Part shown: piece after piece, positions 16,601 through 31,600 of the stretch
Numbering within the stretch: the first letter of the stretch is position 1
How the letters are laid out: every line of letters starts with the position of its first letter
DNA from: the human T2T-CHM13v2.0 reference genome, Homo sapiens
Direction: 5' to 3' (one strand)
Length of the DNA: 64,000 nt
NCBI RefSeq assembly: GCF_009914755.1
Contig: NC_060933.1
Made by a program: the position numbers and the translations under genes
Notes under the pieces: generated by a model
Told to the model about the DNA's origin: nothing
The model's input: the letters and a program-made list of their open reading frames with translations, nothing else
Databases searched by the model: none

Positions 16601-19600
16601 ATATCCACTTGCAGATTCTACAAAAAGAGTGTTTCAAAACAGCTCCATTAAAAGAAATGTTCAAATCTGTGAGTTGAGTACACACATCACAAGGAAGTTT
16701 CTGAGAATTCTTCTGTCTAGTTGTTATGGGAAGATATTTCCTTTTTCACCATAGGCCTCAAAGTGCTCCAAGTTTCCACTTACAGATTCTACAAAAAGAG
16801 TGTTTCAAAACCGCTCTATGAAAAGGAATGATCAATTCTGTGAGTTGAATGCATGCATCAAAAAGTAGTTTCTGAGAATGCTTCTGTCTAGTTTTTATGT
16901 GAAGATATACCCAATTCCAGCAAAGGCCCCAAAGCTGTCCAAATATCCACTTGCAAATTCTACAAAAAGAGTGTTTCCAACCTGCTCTACCAAAGGAAAA
17001 TTTCATCTGTGTGAGTTGAATGCACACATCACAAAGAAGTTTCTGAGAATTCTTCTCTCTAGTTTTATGTGCAGATATCCCCGTTTCCAACGAAATCCTT
17101 TATGCTGTCCTTATATGCACTTGTAAATTCCACAAGAAGAGTGTTTCAAAACTGCTGTATCAAAGGAAAGGTTTAACTCTGTGAGTTGAGTACACACATC
17201 ACAAAATAGTTTCTGAGAATACTTCTGTCTACTTTTTATGTGAAGATACTTCCTTTTTCACCATAGGTCTCAAATCGCTCCAAATGTCCACTTGTAGATT
17301 CCATAAAAAGAGTGATTCAAAACTGCTCTATGAATAGGAATTTTGAACTCTGTGAGATGAATGCAAGCATCACAAATAAGTTTCTGAGAATGCTTCTCTC
17401 TGGTTTTTATGTGAAGATATTCCCCTTTCCAACGAAATCCTCAAAGCTATCCAAATATCCACTTGCACACCCTACAAAAAGAGTGTTTCAAAACTGCTCT
17501 ATCAAAAGAAAAGTTCAACTCTGTGAGTTGAGTACACTCATCACAAAGAAGTTTCTGAGAATTCTTCTGTCTAGTTTTTATTAGAAGATATTTCCTTTTT
17601 CAGCATATGCCTCAAAGAGCTCCATGTTTCCACTTACAGATTCTTCAAAAAGAGTGTTTCAAAACTGCTCTATGAAAAAGAATGTTCAACTCTGTGAGTT
17701 GAATACAAGCATCAAAAAAAGTTTCTGAGAATGCTTCTGTCTGGTTTTTATGTGAAGACATTCCCGTTTCCAACGAAAGCCTCAAAGCTATCCAAATATC
17801 CACTTGCAGATTCTACAAAAAGAGTGTTTCAAAACTGCTCTATCAAAAGAAAGGTTCAACTCTGTGAGTTGAGTACACACATCACAAGGAAGTTTCTGAG
17901 AATTCTTCTGTCTAATTTTTATTGGAAGATATTTCCTTTTTCAGCGTATGCCTCAAAGAGCTCCAATTTTCCACTTACAGATGCTTCAAAAAGAGTGTTT
18001 CAGATCTGCTCTATGAAAAGGAATGTTCAACTCTGTGAGTTGAATAAAAGAATCACAAAAAAGTTTCTGAGAATGCTTCTGTCTAGTTTTTATGTGAAGA
18101 CATTCCCGTTTCCAACGAAAGCCTCAAAGCTACCCAAATATCCACTTTCAGATTCTACAAATAGACTGTTTCCAAACTGCTGTATGAAAAGAAAGGTTCA
18201 ACTCCATGAGTTGAGTACACACATCACAAAGAAGTTTCTGAGAATGCTTCTGTGTAGTTTTTATATGAAGATATTTCCTTTTTCAGCATAGTCCTCAAAG
18301 CGCTCCAAATGTCCGTTTCCAGGTACTACAAAAAGAGTGTTTCAAAACTGCTCTATGAAGGGGAAAGTTTAACTCTGTGAGTTGAATGCAAACATCACAA
18401 AGAAGTTTCTGAGAATGGTTCTGTCGAGTTTTTGTGTGAAGATATTTCCGTTTCCAACAAAAGCCACAAAGCGCGTCAAATGTGCACTTGCAGATTCCAC
18501 AAAAAGAGTGTTTCAAAACTGCTCTAAGAAAAGAAAGGTTCAAATATGTGAGTTGAGTGCAGACTTCACAAATAAGTTTCTGAGAATGCTTCTGTCCTAG
18601 TTTTTATATTATTTCCTGTTTCACAATAGGCCACAAAGCACACCAAATGTCCACTTGCACATTCTACAGAGTGTTTCAAAACTGCTGTATCAAAAGAAAG
18701 GTTCAACTCTGTGAGTTGAATGCACACATCACAAAGATGTTTCTGATAATGATTCTGTCTAGTTTTTATGTGGAGATATTCCCGTTTCGAACGAAGGCCT
18801 CAAAGTGCTACAAATGACAACTTGCAGATTCTGCGAAAAGAGTGCTTCAAAACTGCTCTATGAAAAGAAATGTTCAACTCTGTGAGTTGAATGCAAACCT
18901 CACAAAGAAGTTTCTGAGAATGCTTCTGTCTGGTTTTTATGTGAAGATATTACCATTTCCAACGAAAGCCTCAAAGCTGTCCTAATATCCACCTGTGAAT
19001 TCTACAACAAGAGTGTTTCAAAAGTGCTCTATCAAAGGAAAGGTTTAACACTGTGAGTTGAGTACACACATCACAAAGCAGTTTCTTAGAATGCTTCTGT
19101 CTAGTTTTTATGTGAAGATATTTCCTTTTTCACCATAGGCCTCAAAGCACTCCGAATGTCCACTTCCAGATACTGCAAAAAGAGTGTTACAAAACTGCTC
19201 TATGAAAGAGAATATTCAACTCTGTGAGTTGAATGCAAACATCACAAAGAAGTTTCTGTGAACGCTTCTGTCTAGTTTTTATGTGAAGATATTCCCGTTT
19301 CGAACGAAGACGACAAAGCACTCCAAATGTCCACCTGCAGATTCCAGAAAAAGAGTGTTTCAAATCTCCTCTATCAAAAAAATGCTTAAACTCTGTCAGT
19401 TGAGTACACACATCACAAAGAAGTTTCTGTGAATTCTTCTGTGTAATTTTTATGGGAAGATATTTCCTTTTTCACGATAGGCCTCAAAGAGCTCCAAAAG
19501 TCCACTTGCAGATACTACAAAAAGTGTGTTTCAAAACTGCCCTATGAAAAGGAATATTCAACTCCGTGAGTTGAATGCTAACATCAAAAACAACTTTCTG

Positions 19601-22600
19601 AGTATGCTTCTGTCTAGTTTCTATGTGAAGATATTCCCGTTTCCAGCGATGGTCTCAAAGCTGTGCAATATCCACTTGCAAATTCTACAAGAAGAGTTTT
19701 TCAAATCTGCTGTATCAAAACAAAGGTTCAACTCTGTGAGTTGAATGCACACATCACAAAGAATTTTCTTAGAATGCTTTTGTTTAGTTATTATGAGAAG
19801 ATATTCCCGTTTCCAACGAAAGACTCAAAGTTGTCCAAATATGCACTTGTAAATGTTTCAAAAAGAGTGATTCAAAACTGCGCTATCAAAAGAAAGAATC
19901 ATCTCTGTGAGTTGAGTACACACATCACAAGGAAGTTTCTGAGAATGCTTCTGTCTAGTTTTTATGGGAAGATATTTCCTTTTTCACCATAGGCCTCAAA
20001 GCACACAAAATGTCCACTTGCTGATCCTACAAAAAGAGTGTTTCAAAAATGCTCTATCAAAAGAAAGGTTAAACTCTGTTAGTTGAGTACACACATCACA
20101 AACAAGTTTCTGAGAATGCTTCTGTCTAGTTTTAATGTGAAGATATTCTCGTTTCCAACGAAAGCCTCAAAGCTATCCAAATATCCACTTGCAGACACTA
20201 CAAAAAGATTGTTTCAAAACTTCTCTATCAAAAGAAAGGTTAAACTCAGTGAGTTGAGTACACACATCACAAAGAAGTTTCTGAGAATGCTTCCGTCTAG
20301 TTTTTATGTGAAGATATTCCCGTTTCCAATGAAGGCCACAAAGCGCTCTAAATGTGCACTTGCAGATTACACAAAAAAAGTGTTTCAAATCTGCTCTATC
20401 AAAAGACAGGTCCAAATACGTGAGTTGAGTGCTCACATCACAAATAAGATTCTGACAACGCTTCTGTCTAGTTTTTATGTTAAGATACTTCATTTTTCAC
20501 CATAGGCCTCAAAACACACCAAAATGTCCACTTGCAGATCCTACAAAGAGAGTGTTTCATAACTGCTCTATAAAAAGACGGATTCAACTCTGTGAGTTCA
20601 ATGCACATATTGCAAAGATATTTCTGATAATGATTCTGTCTAGTTTTTATGTGAAGGTATTCCCTTTTCGAACGAAGGCCTCAAAGTGCTCCAAATGACC
20701 ACTTGCAGATTCTACAAAAAGAGTGTTTAAAAACTACTCTGTGAAAAGGAATGCTCAAATCTGTGTGTTGAATGCAAACATCACAAAGAAGTTTCTGAGA
20801 ATGCTTCTGTCTAGTTATTATGTGAAGATATTCCCGTTTCCAACGAAAGCCTAAATCCTATCCAAATATCCACTTGCAGATTCTACAAAAAGAGTGTTTC
20901 AAAACTGCTCTATCAAAAGAAAATTCAACACTGTGATTTAAGTACACACATCACAAAGAAGTTTCTGAGAATACTTCTGTCTAGTTTTTATGTGGATATA
21001 TTTCCTTTTTCACCATGGTTCTGAAAGCGCTCCAAATGTCCAATTCCAGATACTACAAAAAGAGTGTTTCAAAACTGCTCTATGAAAGGGAATTTCCAAC
21101 TCTGTGAGGTGAATGCAAACTTCACTAAGATGTTTCTGAGAATGCTTCTGTCTCGTTTTTATATGAAGATATACCCGTTTCCAACGAAGGCCACAAAGCA
21201 CTCCAAATGTCCACTTGCAGATTCCACAAGAAGAGTGTTTCAAATCTCCTCTATCAAAAGAAAGGTACAACACTGTGAGTTGAGTACACACATCACCGAG
21301 AAGTTTCTGAGAGTTCTTCTGTCTAGTTTTTATGTGAAGATATTTCCTTTTTCACTATAGGCCTAAAAGCGTACCAAAAGTCCACTTGCAGATACTACAA
21401 AAAGTGTGTTTCAAAACTACCCTATGAAAAGGAATGTTCAACTCCATGAATTGAATGCAAACATCACAAGGATGTTTCTGAGTATGCTTCTGTCTAGTTT
21501 TTATGTGAAGATATTCCCGTTTCCAGCGAAGGTCTCAAAGCTGTCCAAATATCCACTTGCAAATTCTAAAAAAGAGTGTTTCAAATCGGCTCTATCAAAA
21601 GAAAGTTTCAACACTGTGAGTTGAATGCACACATCACAAAGGAGTTTCTGAGAATGCTTCTGCCTAGTTTTTATGTTAAGATGTTTCCTTTTACACCATG
21701 GGCCTCAAAGCACACAAAATGTCCACTTGCAGATCCTATAAAAAGAGTGTTTCAAAAATGCTCTATCAAAAAAAGGGTTCAACTCTGTGAGTTGATTGCA
21801 CACATAACAAAGGTGTTTCTGATAATGATTCTGTCTAATTTTTATGTGAAGTATTCCCGTTTCGAACGAAGGCCTCAGAGTGCTCCAAATGACCTTTAGC
21901 AGATTCTACAAAAAGAGTGTTTCAAAACTGCTCTATGAAAAGGAATTTTCAACTCTGCGAGTTGAATGCAAGCATCACAAAGAAGTTTCTGAGAATGCTT
22001 CTGTCTAGTTTTCATGTGAAGATATTTCCTTTTTCACCATAGGCCTCAAAGCGCTCTAAATCTCCACTTACAGATACTACAAAAAGAGTGTTTCAAAACT
22101 GCTCTATCAAAAGAAAGGTTCAACTCTGTGAGTTGAGTGCACACATCACAAATATGTTTCTGAGAAGGCTTCTGTCTAGTTTTTATGTTAAGATATTTCC
22201 TTTTTCACCAAAGGCCTCAAAGCACACCAAATGTCCACTTGCAGATTCTACAGAGTGTTTCAAAACTGCTCTAGAAAAGAATGGTTCAACTCTGTGAGTT
22301 GAATGCACACATCAGAAAGGTTTTTCTGATAAAGCTTCTGTCTAGTTTTTATGTGAAGATAGTCCCATTTTGAACGAAGGCCTCAAGGCGCTCCAAATGA
22401 ACACTTGAAGATCCTACAAAAAAAGTGTTTCAAAACTGCTCTATGAAAGGGAATTTTCAACTCCGTGAGTCGAATGCAAACATCAAAAAGAAGTTTCTGA
22501 GAATGCTTCTGTCTAGTTTTTATGTGAGGATATTCCCGTTTCCATGGAAATCCTCAAAGCTATCCAAATATCCACTTGCAGATACTACAAAAAGATTGTT

Positions 22601-25600
22601 TCAAAATTGGTCTATCAAAATAAAGTTCAACTCTGTGAATTGAGTACACACATCACAAAGAAGTCTCTGATAATTCTTCTGACTAGTTTTTATTAGAAGA
22701 TATTTCCATTTTCACCATAGGCCTCAAATCGCTCCAAATGTCCACTTCCAGATACTACAAAAAGTGTGTTTCAAAACTGCTCTATGTAAGCGAATTTTCA
22801 AATCTGTGAGTTGAATGCAAACATCACAAAGAAGTTTCTGAGAATGCTTCTGTCTAGTTTTTATGTGAAGCCATTCCCGTTTCCTACGAAATCCTCAAAG
22901 CTATCCAAATATCCACTTGCAGATTCTACAAAAAGAGTGTTTCAAAACTGCTCAATCAAAAGAATAGTTCACCTCTCTGAGTTGAGTACACACCTCACAA
23001 AGAAGTTTCGGAGAATTCTTATGTCTATTTTTTATGGGAAGATATTTCCTTTTTTATCATAGACCTCAAAGCCCTCCAAGCTTCCACTTATGTATTCTAC
23101 AAAAAAAGTGTTTCAAAACTGCTCTATGAAAAGGAATGTTCAATTCTGTGAGTTGAATGCAAGCATCACAAAGAAGTTTCTGACAATGCTTCTGTGTAGT
23201 TTTTATGTGAAGATATACCCGTTTCCAGCGAAGGCCTCCAATCTGTCCAAATATCCACTTCCAAATTCTACAAAAAGATTGTTTCCAATCTCCTCTATCA
23301 AAAGAAAATTTCAACTCTGTGAGTTGAATGCACACATCACAAAAAAGTTTCTGAGAATGCTTCTGTCTAGTTTTTTGTGAAGATATTCCCTTTTCCAAAG
23401 AAATCCTCAATGCTGTCTTAATATCCACTTGTAAATTCTACAAGAAGAGTGTTTCAAAACTGCTGTATCAAAGGAAAGGTTTAACTCTATGAGTTGAGTA
23501 CACACATCACAAAGTAGTTTCTGAGAATGCTTCTGTCTACTTTTTATGTGAAGATATTTTATTTTTCACCATAGGTCTCAAATCGCTCCAAATATCCAAT
23601 TGCATATTCCTCAAAAAGAGTGTTTCAAAACTGCTCTATGGAAAGGAATGTTCAACTCTGTGAGATGAATGCAAGCATCACAAATAAGTCTCTGAGAATG
23701 CTTCTGTCTAGTTTTTATGTGAAGATATTCCCGTTTCCAATGAAATTCTCAAAGCTATCCAAATATCCACTTGCACACCCTACAAAAAGAGTGTTTCAAA
23801 ACTGCTCTATCAAAAGAAAAGTTTAACTCTGTGAATTGAGTACACACATCACAAAGAAGTTTCTGAGAGTTCTTCTGTTTAGTTTTTATTGGAAGATATT
23901 TCCTTTTTCAGCATATGCCTCAAAGAGCTCCATGTTTCCACTTACAGATACTTCAAAAAGAGTGTTTCAAAACTGCCCTATGAAAAGGAATGTTCAACTC
24001 TGTGAGTTGAATACAAGCATCAAAAAAAAAGTTTCTGAGAATACTTCTGTCTAGTTTTTATGTGAAGACATTCCCGTTTCCAACGAAAGCCTCAAATTTA
24101 TCCAAATATCCACTTGCAGATTATACAAAAAGAATGTTTCAAAACTGCAGTATCAACAGAAAGGTTCAACTCTGTGAGTTGAGTACACACATCAAAGAGA
24201 AGTTTCTGAGAATGCTTCTGTCTAGTTTTTATGTGAAGATATTTCCTTTTTCAGCATAGGCCTCAAAGCGCTCCAAATGTCCTTTTCCAGGTACTACAAA
24301 AAGAGTGTTTCAAAACTGCTCTATGAAAGGGAATATTCAACTGTGTGAGTTGAATGCAAACATCACGAAGAAGTTTCTGAGAATGCCTCTGACTAGTTTT
24401 TATGTGAAGATATTCCCGTTTCCAACGAAAGCCTCAAAGGTGTCCAAATATTCCCTTGCAGATCCTACAAAGAGAGTGTTTCAAAACTACTCTAAAAAAA
24501 GAAATGTTCAACTCTGTGAGTTGAGTACACATATCACAAAGAAGTTTCTTAGCATGCTTCTGTCTTGTTTTTATTTGTAGATCTTCCGGTTTCCAGTGAA
24601 GGCCTCAAAGCTGTCCAAATATCCACTTGCAAATTCTACATAAAGAGGGTTTCCAATCTGCTCTATCAAAAGAAATGTTCAACACTGTGAGTTGAATGCA
24701 CTCATCACAAAGTAGTTTCTGAGAATGCTTCGGTCTAATTTTTATGTGAAGATATTTCCTTCTTCATCATAGGCCTCAAAGCGTTCAAAATATCCACTTC
24801 CAGATACTACAAAAAGAGTGTTTCAAAACTGCTCCATGGAAAGTAATGTTCAACTCTGTGAGTTGAATGTACACATCACAAAGAAGTTTCTGAGAATGCT
24901 TCTGTCTAGTTTTTATGTGAAGATATTTCTTTTCACCATTGGCCTCAAAGCGCTCCAAACGTCCACTTCCAGATTCTACAAAAAGAGTGTTTCAAAACTG
25001 CTCTATGAAAGGGAATGTTCAACTCTGTGAGTTGAATGTCAACATCACAAAGAAGTTTCTGAGAATGCTTCTGTCTAGTTTTTATGTGAAGATATTCCCG
25101 TTTCCAACGTAGGCCACAAAGCGTTCCAAATGTGCGCTTGCAGATTCCACAAAAAGAGGGTTTCAAAATTTCTCTCTCAAAAGAAAGGTTCAACTATGTG
25201 AGCTGAGTGCACACATCACAAATAAGTTTCGGAGAATGCGTCTGTCTAGTTTTCATGTTAACATATTTCCGTTTTCACCACAAGCCTCAAAGCACACCAA
25301 AAGTCCACTTGCAGATTCTACAAAGAGAGTGTTTCAAAACTGCTCTATCAAAAGAAGAGTTCAATTCTCTGAGTTGAATGCAGAAATCACAAAGATGTTG
25401 CTGATAATAATTCTTTCTAGTTTTTAAATGAAGATATTCCTGTTTCGAACGAAGGCCTCAAAGTGCTCCAAAGGACCACTGTAGATTCTGCAAAAAGAGT
25501 GTTTCAAAACTGCTCTATGACAAGGAATGTTCAACTCTGTGAGTTGAATGCAAATATCACAATGAAGTTTCTGAGAATGCTTCTTTCTAGTTTTTATGTG

Positions 25601-28600
25601 AAGATATTCTCGTTTCCAACGAAGGCCACAAAGTGCTCCTAATGTCCAGGTGCAGATTGCACAAAAATAATGTTTCAAAACTGCTCTATCAAAAGATAGG
25701 TTCAACTCTGTGAGTGGAGTGCACACATCACAAATAAGTTTCTGAGAATGCTTCTGTCAACTTTTTATGTTAAGATACTTCCTTTTGCATGATAGGCCTC
25801 ATGCACAACAAATGTCCACTTGCACATACTACAAAGAGAGTGTTTCAAACTGCTCTATCAAAAGAAGGGTTCAACTCTGTGAGTTTAATGCACACATCAC
25901 AAAGTTGTTTCTGAAAATGCTTCGATCTAGTTTTTATGTGAAGATATTCCCGTTTTGAAGGAAGGCATCAAAGCACTCCAAATGACCACTTGCAGATTCT
26001 ACAAAAAGAGTGTTTCGAAACTGCTCTATGAAAAGGAATGTTCAACTCTGTGAGTTGGCAGCACACATCGCAAAGTAGTTTCTGAGAATGCTTCTGTCTG
26101 GTTTTTATGTGAAGATATTCCCTTTTCCACCATAGGCCTCAAAGCACTCCAAATGTCCAAGTGCAGATTCTACAAAAAGAATGTTTCAAAACTGCTCTAT
26201 GAAAAGAAATGCTCAACTCTGTGAGTTGAACGCAAAAATCAAAAAGCAGTTTACTAGAACGCTTCTAACTAGTTTTTATGTGAAGATACACCCGTTTCCA
26301 AAGAAGGCCTCAAAGCTGTGCAAATATCCACTTGCAAATTCTACAAAAAGAGTGTTTCCAATCTGCTCTATCAAAAGAAAGTTTCAACTCGGTGAGTTGA
26401 ATGCACATGTCAGAAAGCAGTTTCTGAAAATGCTTCTGTCCAGTTTTTATGTGAAGATACTCCCCATTCCAACGAAATCCTCAAACCTGTCAGAATATTT
26501 AATTGTAAATTCTACAAGAAGAATGTTTCAAAACTGCTCTATCAAAAGACGGTTTAACTCTGTGAGTTGAGTACACACAACACAAAGGAGTTCCTGAGAA
26601 TACTTCTGTCTAGTTTTTATGTGAAGATATTTCCTTTTTCAACATAGGCCTCAAAGCGCTCGAAATGTCCACTAGCAGATACTACAAAAAGAGTGTTTCA
26701 AAACTGCTGTATGAAAAGAAATGCTGAACTCTGTGAGCTGAATGCAAACATCACAAAGAAGTTTCTGAGAATGCTTCTGTCTAGTTTTTATGTGAACATA
26801 TTTGCGTTCCCAATGAATGCCACAAAGCTGTCCAAATATCCACTTGTAAATGCTTCAAAAAGAGTGAATCAAAACTGCTCTAGCAAAAGAGAGATTCATC
26901 TCTGTGAGTTGAGTACACACATCACAAAGAAATTTCTGAGAATGCTTTTGTCTAATTTTTATGTGAAGATATTTCCTTTTTCACCGTAGGCCTCCAAGCG
27001 CTCCAAATGTCCATTTGCAAATTGTACAAAAAGGGTTTTTCAAAACTACTCTATGAAAAGGAATGTTCAACTCTGTGATTTGATTGCAAACATGAGAAAG
27101 AAGTTTCTGAGAATGCTTCTGTCTGGTTATTATATGAAGATATTCCCGTTTCCAACGAAAGCCTCAAAGCTGTCGAAATATCCACTTTAAATTCTACAAG
27201 TAGAGTATTTCAAAACTGCTCTATCAAAAAAAAGGTCTAACCCTGTGAGTTGAGGGCACACATCACAAAGAAGTTTTTGAGAATGCTTCTGTCTAGTTTT
27301 TATGTGAAGATATTTCCTTTTTCCCCATAGACCTCAAAGCGCTCAAAATGTCCACTTCCAGATATTAGAAAAACTGTGTTTCAAAACTGCTCTATGAAAG
27401 GGAATGTTCAACTCTGTGAGTTGAATTCAAACATCACAAAGGAGTTTCTGAGAATGACTCTGTGTAGTTTTTATGTGAGGATATTCCCGTTTCCAACGAA
27501 GGCCACAAAGCGCTCCAAATGTCCTCGTGCAGATTCCACAAAAAGAGTGTTTCAAAACTGCTCTATCAAAATAAAGGTTCAACTCTGTGAGTTGAGTTAA
27601 CACTTCACAAATAAGTTTCTGAGAATGCATCTGCCTAGTTTTTATGTTAAGATATTTCCTTTTTCACCATAGGCCTCAAAGCACACCAAATATCCACTTG
27701 CAGATTCTACAAAGAGAGTGTTTCAAAACTGCTCTATCAAAAGAAGGGTTCAACTCTGTGAGTTCAATGCACACATCACGAAGATGTTTCTGATAATGCT
27801 TCTGTCTAGTTTTTATGTGAAGATATTCTCCTTTTGAACGAAAGCCTCAAAGAGCTCCAAATGAACGCTTGCAGAGTCTACAAAAAGAGTGTTTCGAAAC
27901 TGCTCTATGAAAAGGAATTTTCAACTCTGTGAGATGAAGGTAAACATCACAAAGAAGTTTCTGAGAATGCTTCTGTCTAGTTTTTATGTGAAGATATTTC
28001 CGTTTCCAACGAAAGCCTCAAAGCTATCCAGATATCCACTTGCATTTTCTACAAAAACAGTATTTAAAAACTGCTCTATTAAAAGAAAGGTTCAACTCTG
28101 TGAGTTGAGTACACACATCACAAAGAATTTCTGAGAATTCTTCTGTATAGTTTTTATGAGAAGATATTTCTTTTTTCACCATAGCCCTCAAAGTCCTCCA
28201 AGTGTCCATTTACAGATTCTACAAAAAGATTGTTTCAAAACAGCTCTATGAAAAGGAATATTCAACGCTGTGAGTGGAATGCAAACATCACAAAGCAGTT
28301 TCTGAGAGTGCTTCTGTCTAGTTTTTATGTGAAGATATACCTGTTTCCAGTGAAGGCCTCAAAGCTGTCCAAATATCCACTTCAAAATACTACAGAAAGA
28401 GTGTTTCAAATCTGCTCTATCAAAAGGAAGTTTCAACTCTGTGAGTCGAATGCACACATCACAAAGTAATTTCTGAGAATGCTTCTGTCTAGTTTTTATA
28501 TGAAGATATTTCCTTTTTCACTGGAGGCCTCAAATCGCTCCAAATGTCTGCTTGCAGATTCTACAAAAAGAGGGTTTCAAAACTTCTCTATGAAAAGGAA

Positions 28601-31600
28601 TGTTCAACTCTGTGAGTTGAATGCAAACATCACAAAGAAGTTTCCGAGAATGCTTCTCTCTAGTTTTTATGTGAAAATATTCCGGTTTCCAACGAAAGCC
28701 TCAAAGCCGTCCAAATATCCACTTGCAGATCCTACAAAAAGAGTGTTTCAAAACTGCTCTATCAAAAGAAATGTTCAATTCTCTCAGGTGAGGACACACA
28801 TCAATAACAAGTTTCTTAGAATGCTTCTGTCTTGTTTTTATGTGAAAATATTCCCGTTTCCATTGAAGGCCTCAAAGCTGTCCAAACATCCACTTGCAAA
28901 TTCTACGAAATGAGTGTTTCCAATCTGCTCTATCAGAAGAAAAGTTCAACTCTGGTTGTTGAACGCACACATCACAAAGAAGTTTCTGAGAATGCTTCTG
29001 TCTAGTTTTTATTGGAAGATATTCCCGTTTCCAACGAAGGCCACTAAGCGCTCCAAGTGTCCACTTGCAGATACCACAAAAAGAGTGTTTCAAAACTGAT
29101 CTCTCAAAAGAAAGTTTCAACTCTGTGAGTTGACTTCAGATATCACAAAGATGTTTCTGAGAATGCTTCTGTCTAGTTTTTATGTGAAGATATTTCCTTT
29201 TTCATCATAGGCCTCAAAGAACAACAAATGTCCACTTGCAGATTACACAAAAAGAGTGTGTCAAAACTGCTCTGTAAAAGAAGGGTTCAAATCTGTGAGT
29301 TAAATGCACACATCACAAAGAAGTTTCTGAGAATGCTTCTGTTATTTTTTATGTGAAGATATTCCCGTTTCGAATGAAGGCCTCAAAGCACTCAGGATGA
29401 CCACTTGCAGATTCTACAATAAGAGTTTTTCAAAACTGCTGTATGAAAAGGAATGTTCAACTCTTTGAGTTGAATGCAAACATCACAAAGATGTTTCTGA
29501 GAATGCTTCTGTCTAGTTTTTATGTGAAGATATTTCCATTTTCTCTATAGGCCGCAAAGCTGTCCAAATGTCCACTTGCAGATACTACAAAAAGAGTGTT
29601 TCAAAAGTGCTCAATGAAAAGGAATGTTCAACTCTCTGAGTTGAATGCAAACATCACAAATAAGTTTCTGAGAATGCTTCTGTCTAGTTTTTATGGGAAG
29701 ATACTCCCGTGTCCAGCGAAGGCTTCAAAGCTTTCGAAATATCCACTTGCAAATTCTACAAAAAGAGTGTTTCAAAGCTGCTTTATCAATAGAAAGTTTC
29801 AACTCTGTGAGTTGAATGAGCACATCACAAGGAAGTTTCTGAGAATGCCTTCAGTCTGGTTTTTATGTGAAGATATTCCCGTTTCCATCGAAAGCTTCAC
29901 ACGCGGTCCTAATATCCACTTGTATATTCTACAAGAAGAGTGTTTCAAACTGATGTATCAAAAGAAATGTTTAACTCTGTGAGTTGAGTACACACATCAC
30001 AAAGAAGTTTCTGATAATGCTTCTGTCTAGTTTTTATGTGAAGATATTTCCTTTTTCACCGTAGGCCTCAAAGCGCTCCAAATGTCCACTTGCAAATAAT
30101 ATGAAAAGAGTTTTTCAAAACTGCTCTATGAAAAGGAATGTTCAACTTTGTGAATTGAATGAAAACATCACAAAGAAGTTTCTGAGAATCCTTCTGTCTA
30201 GATTTTATGTGAAGATATTCCCGTTTCCAATGAATGCCTCAAAGCTGTCCAAATATCAACTTGCAGATTCTACAAAGAGAGTGTTTCAAAACTGCTCTAT
30301 CAAAAGAAGGGTTCAACTCTGTGAGTTAAATGCACACATCACAAAGAAGTTTCTGACAATGCTTCTGTATAGTTTTCATGTGAAGATACTCCCGTTTCCA
30401 AAGAAGGTCACAAAGCACTCCAAGTGTCCACTTGCAGATTCCACTTAAAGAGTGTTTGACAACTGCTCTATCAAAAGAAAGGTTCAACTCTGTGAGTTGA
30501 GTACACACATCACAAAGAAGTTTCTGAGAATGATCCTGTCTAGTTTTTATGTGAAGATATTTCCTTTTTCACCATAAACCAAAAACACACCAAATGTCCA
30601 CTTGCAGATTCTACAAAGAGAGTGTTTCAAAACTGCTCTATCAAAAGAAGAGTTCAAATCTGTGAGTTGAAAGGACACATCAGAAAGAAGTTTCTGATAA
30701 TGCTTCTGTCTAGTTTTTATGTGACGATATTCCCATTTCGAGCGAAGGCCTCAGAGCGCTCCAAATGTCCACTTGCAGATTCTACAAAAGGAGTGTTTCA
30801 AATCTGCTCTATGAAAAAGAATTTTCAACTCTGTGAGTTGAATGTACACATCACAGAGAAGTTTCTGAGAATGCTTCTGTCTAATTTTTATTTGAAGATA
30901 TTTTCTTTATCACCATAGGACTCAAAGTGCTCCAAATGTCGACTTGCAGATACTATAAAAAGAATGTTTCAAAACTACTCTATGGAAACGAATGTTCAAC
31001 TCTTTGAGTTTAATCCAAACATCAGAAAGATGTTTCCAAGAAATCTTCTGTCTAGTTTTTATGAGAAGATACTCCCGATTCAAGTGAAAGCCTCAAAGTT
31101 GTCGAAATATCCACTTGCAAATTCCACAAAAGCAGTGTTTCAAATGAAAATAAAAGTTTCAACTCTGTGAGTTGAATGCAAACATCGCAAAGAAGTTTCT
31201 GAGAATGCTTCTGTCTAGTTTTTTGTGAAGTTATTCCCGTTTCCAATGAAGGCCACACAGCACTCCAAATGTCCACTTGCAGATTCCACAAAAAGAGTGT
31301 TTCAAAACTGCTCTGTGAAAAGAAAGGTTCAACTCTGTGAGTTGAGTGCACACATCACAAACAAGTTTTTGAGAATGCTTCTGTCTAGTTTTTATGTGAA
31401 GATATTCCCGTTTCCAATGAAAGCCTCAAACCTGTCCAAATATTCATTTGCAGTTTCCACAAAGACAGTGTTTCAAAACTGCTTTATCAAAAGAAAGATT
31501 CAACTCTGTGAGTTGAGTACACACATCACAAAGAGGTTTCTGAGAATGATTCTGTACAGTTTTTATGTGAAGATATTCCCGTTTCCAACAAAGGCTTCAA

